Source of the DNA: the human T2T-CHM13v2.0 reference genome, Homo sapiens
DNA length: 64,000 nt
NCBI RefSeq assembly: GCF_009914755.1
Contig: NC_060931.1
Strand: one strand, 5' to 3'
Both the position numbers and the translations under genes were made by a program. Below are positions 61,311 to 64,000 of the stretch, one piece after another; position 1 is the first letter of the stretch; each line of letters opens with the position of its first letter. Under the pieces are notes generated by a model. It saw only the letters and a list, made by a program, of their open reading frames with translations. It did no database searches and was not told the DNA's origin.

Positions 61311-62060
61311 TCTCAAGCTTAAGAATTCGTAATCAATACCCCTGATCACCCTCCACAAACCTGAGCTTCCTAGTGTTCATCCTCTCCATAAACATCCATC
61401 TGATGAGGTTCACATAGTAGCTCAAGCTTAAAACCTTGGTCCATCCATAAATCCTCTCTTTCTCACATACTCGTCCAACCCACCACAAACTCCTGTTGGT
61501 TTACCACTGAAATACACCCAGAATGTGACTCCCTTAAGATCCCATAGGTACCCAGTCCAAGCCACCACCTCTCACGATGGCTTTTAAACTCCTAAATCAG
61601 ATGGTGTGTCACCTCCACTCAAAAAACTTCCCAAGCTGTCCCCTTCCACTTGGAGGGAAAGTCAAGGTCCTTGCCACTTGGTAAGGTCCACACGACTGCC
61701 CTGGCCCCTCCTCGCATCTCTGGGAACTCACCTCCTCTTTCTCTCTCTGTTCCCAAATTGGCTGCAGCCACACTGGGCTCCCTGCTGTTTCCCCTGCACC
61801 TGCTGTTTCCTCGACCTGGAATGTTCTGGTGCCTCACTCCTCCTCCTGCTTCCTTTCCATTCTCAAAACCCCTGTTCTCATCTTCTCCATGGCACTTACC
61901 ATCACCTGCTCTGTGCACCTTGTTCATCTGTCTCTCCCCTCCAGAATGGAAGTTCACTAGATCACAGACTTGTCTCCACTTGTTGACAGCTGTAGCCCAA
62001 TGCCCCGAACAGTGCAGGAGGAACCCAATGAACGTTTTTTAAAAATGAATGAATGAATGA
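61310..62060 (+). mobile_element. L2 3' fragment (with a further piece at 59520-59880)
   Basis: Pyrimidine-rich L2-like text ending in (GAAT)n at 62045-62060. Confidence 0.65.
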
Positions 62061-62102
62061 CGGAAGGAAGGAAACGGAAAGCATGCTTATGATGGAAAGT
62101 GA

Positions 62103-62449
<347 letters not shown>

Positions 62450-62519
62450 TCAGAGAAAGACAATGAAACCAGAGCCACTGCAAGCCCTGACGGCCTGAAA
62501 CCTAGGAGCCAGCTGAGTC

Positions 62520-63150
62520 CCTTCCACTCGCCCGCGCTGAGTTAACCCAGAGGCGGGTGCGGGTGTCGGAGCCCGCGCCGGGACGCACCGGCCGCACCAG
62601 CCTCCCCAGCACCGCGGACCCCAGGGCCGCCGCCCGGTCGCGCCGCGCCGGGCCTCCGCGCACCCACGTGGAGGGGGCGGAGCCCCGCGGGAGCCCGCCC
62701 CGGGGCTCTGGGTCTCCTGGCGCCCTGACCCGCCGGCCACCCCGCCGCCGCCCCACGCGCCTACCTGCGCCCACCTAAGCGTGAACAGCTGCGTCGCGGA
62801 CGCCGCCTTCCGGCAGGGACCCGCGCCCCAGGTAAGCGTTAGTCCCGCCTTCAGGAGTGCGGAGCCTCCCATTGGACGAGGTCTGCGTCCGTCTCTCCGC
62901 CGGCTAATGGCAAGCGGCGGCAGCACGGGGGGCGGTTCCAGGACCGGGCGCGGGCTACTGACGCCATCTCTAGAGGCCTAGAGTTGCTTGGAGAGGAGCT
63001 GGTTGCCAAGGCAACCCGCCCTGCCCAGAACAAGTGCAGATGACTAGGTTTGGGCCCCGCAGGGCTTGGGGGTCTGGGGTGCAAGCTGCCCCGGCCGGGC
63101 TGGCGTCCCGGGGTGGGGCCTCCGCCGAGGGTCCAGGGTATGGAGCTCGG
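62520..63150 (-). promoter_or_regulatory. CHLSN: CpG-island promoter and non-coding exon 1 of C7orf50/CHLSN
   Basis: Dense unmutated CpGs and GC boxes; CCAAT on the - strand (ATTGG at 62871-62875); ETS CCGGAAG at 62807-62813; tandem minus-strand donors CAG|GTAGGC (62765/62764) and TAG|GTGGGC (62775/62774). Confidence 0.85.
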
Positions 63151-63269
63151 CTCGGAGTCGAAATGGATGAGCTACGGCTATTGGGATCAACAGGGCTAGG
63201 ACTTAAACTTCGTGCTGAATTTAAAAAATCAGGATAGGTGCTAAAAAATACACAGGGTGGGTAGTGTTA

Positions 63270-63818
<549 letters not shown>

Positions 63819-63897
63819 TCAAGTATGATGTACGTTGCCTCAGGAATCCAAAGGTGACAAGCAAAGAAGGTGCACTCTTCCTTACTGGTAGAAGATT

Positions 63898-64000
63898 GTA
63901 TTTGGTTCCTTTTTCTGCATAACAAATTAACCCAACATTTAGCAGCCTAAAAGAACATTTATTTTTTCATGGTATCCGCGGTCAGGAAAGTGGGCGTGGC
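63898..64000 (-). mobile_element. MLT1 (ERVL-MaLR) LTR fragment
   Basis: tgtatttggttcc..ctgcataacaaatt..ccaacatttagcagcctaaaa..catttatt resembles the reverse-complement MLT1 terminus. Confidence 0.6.

Overview
Human subtelomeric, GC-rich, VNTR- and Alu-rich DNA, recognised from its translated products as 7p22.3. The + strand carries the complete GPER1 (GPR30) gene: single coding exon, CDS 18600-19727, alternative 5' UTR exons and a polyA signal at 20661. This haplotype has the P16L allele. GPER1 is nested antisense inside a very long intron of C7orf50/CHLSN (cholesin) on the - strand; the CHLSN first coding exon (53507-53636) and CpG-island promoter/exon 1 (~62.5-63.1 kb) lie in the window. 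The rest is intron containing about 30 Alu elements or fragments, a young 5'-truncated L1PA2, old L1M/L2/MIR/Tigger/MLT fossils and over 15 tandem repeats. The most striking unexplained structure is a 33-copy, 56-bp VNTR (42250-44078) in which most units carry a perfect EGR1 site beside a CRE/AP-1-like TGACATCA. Several other VNTRs also form homotypic TF-motif arrays. No CRISPR array, tRNA or rRNA is present, and almost all ORF-track entries are spurious. Repeat subfamily calls and motif counts were made by eye, without tools.
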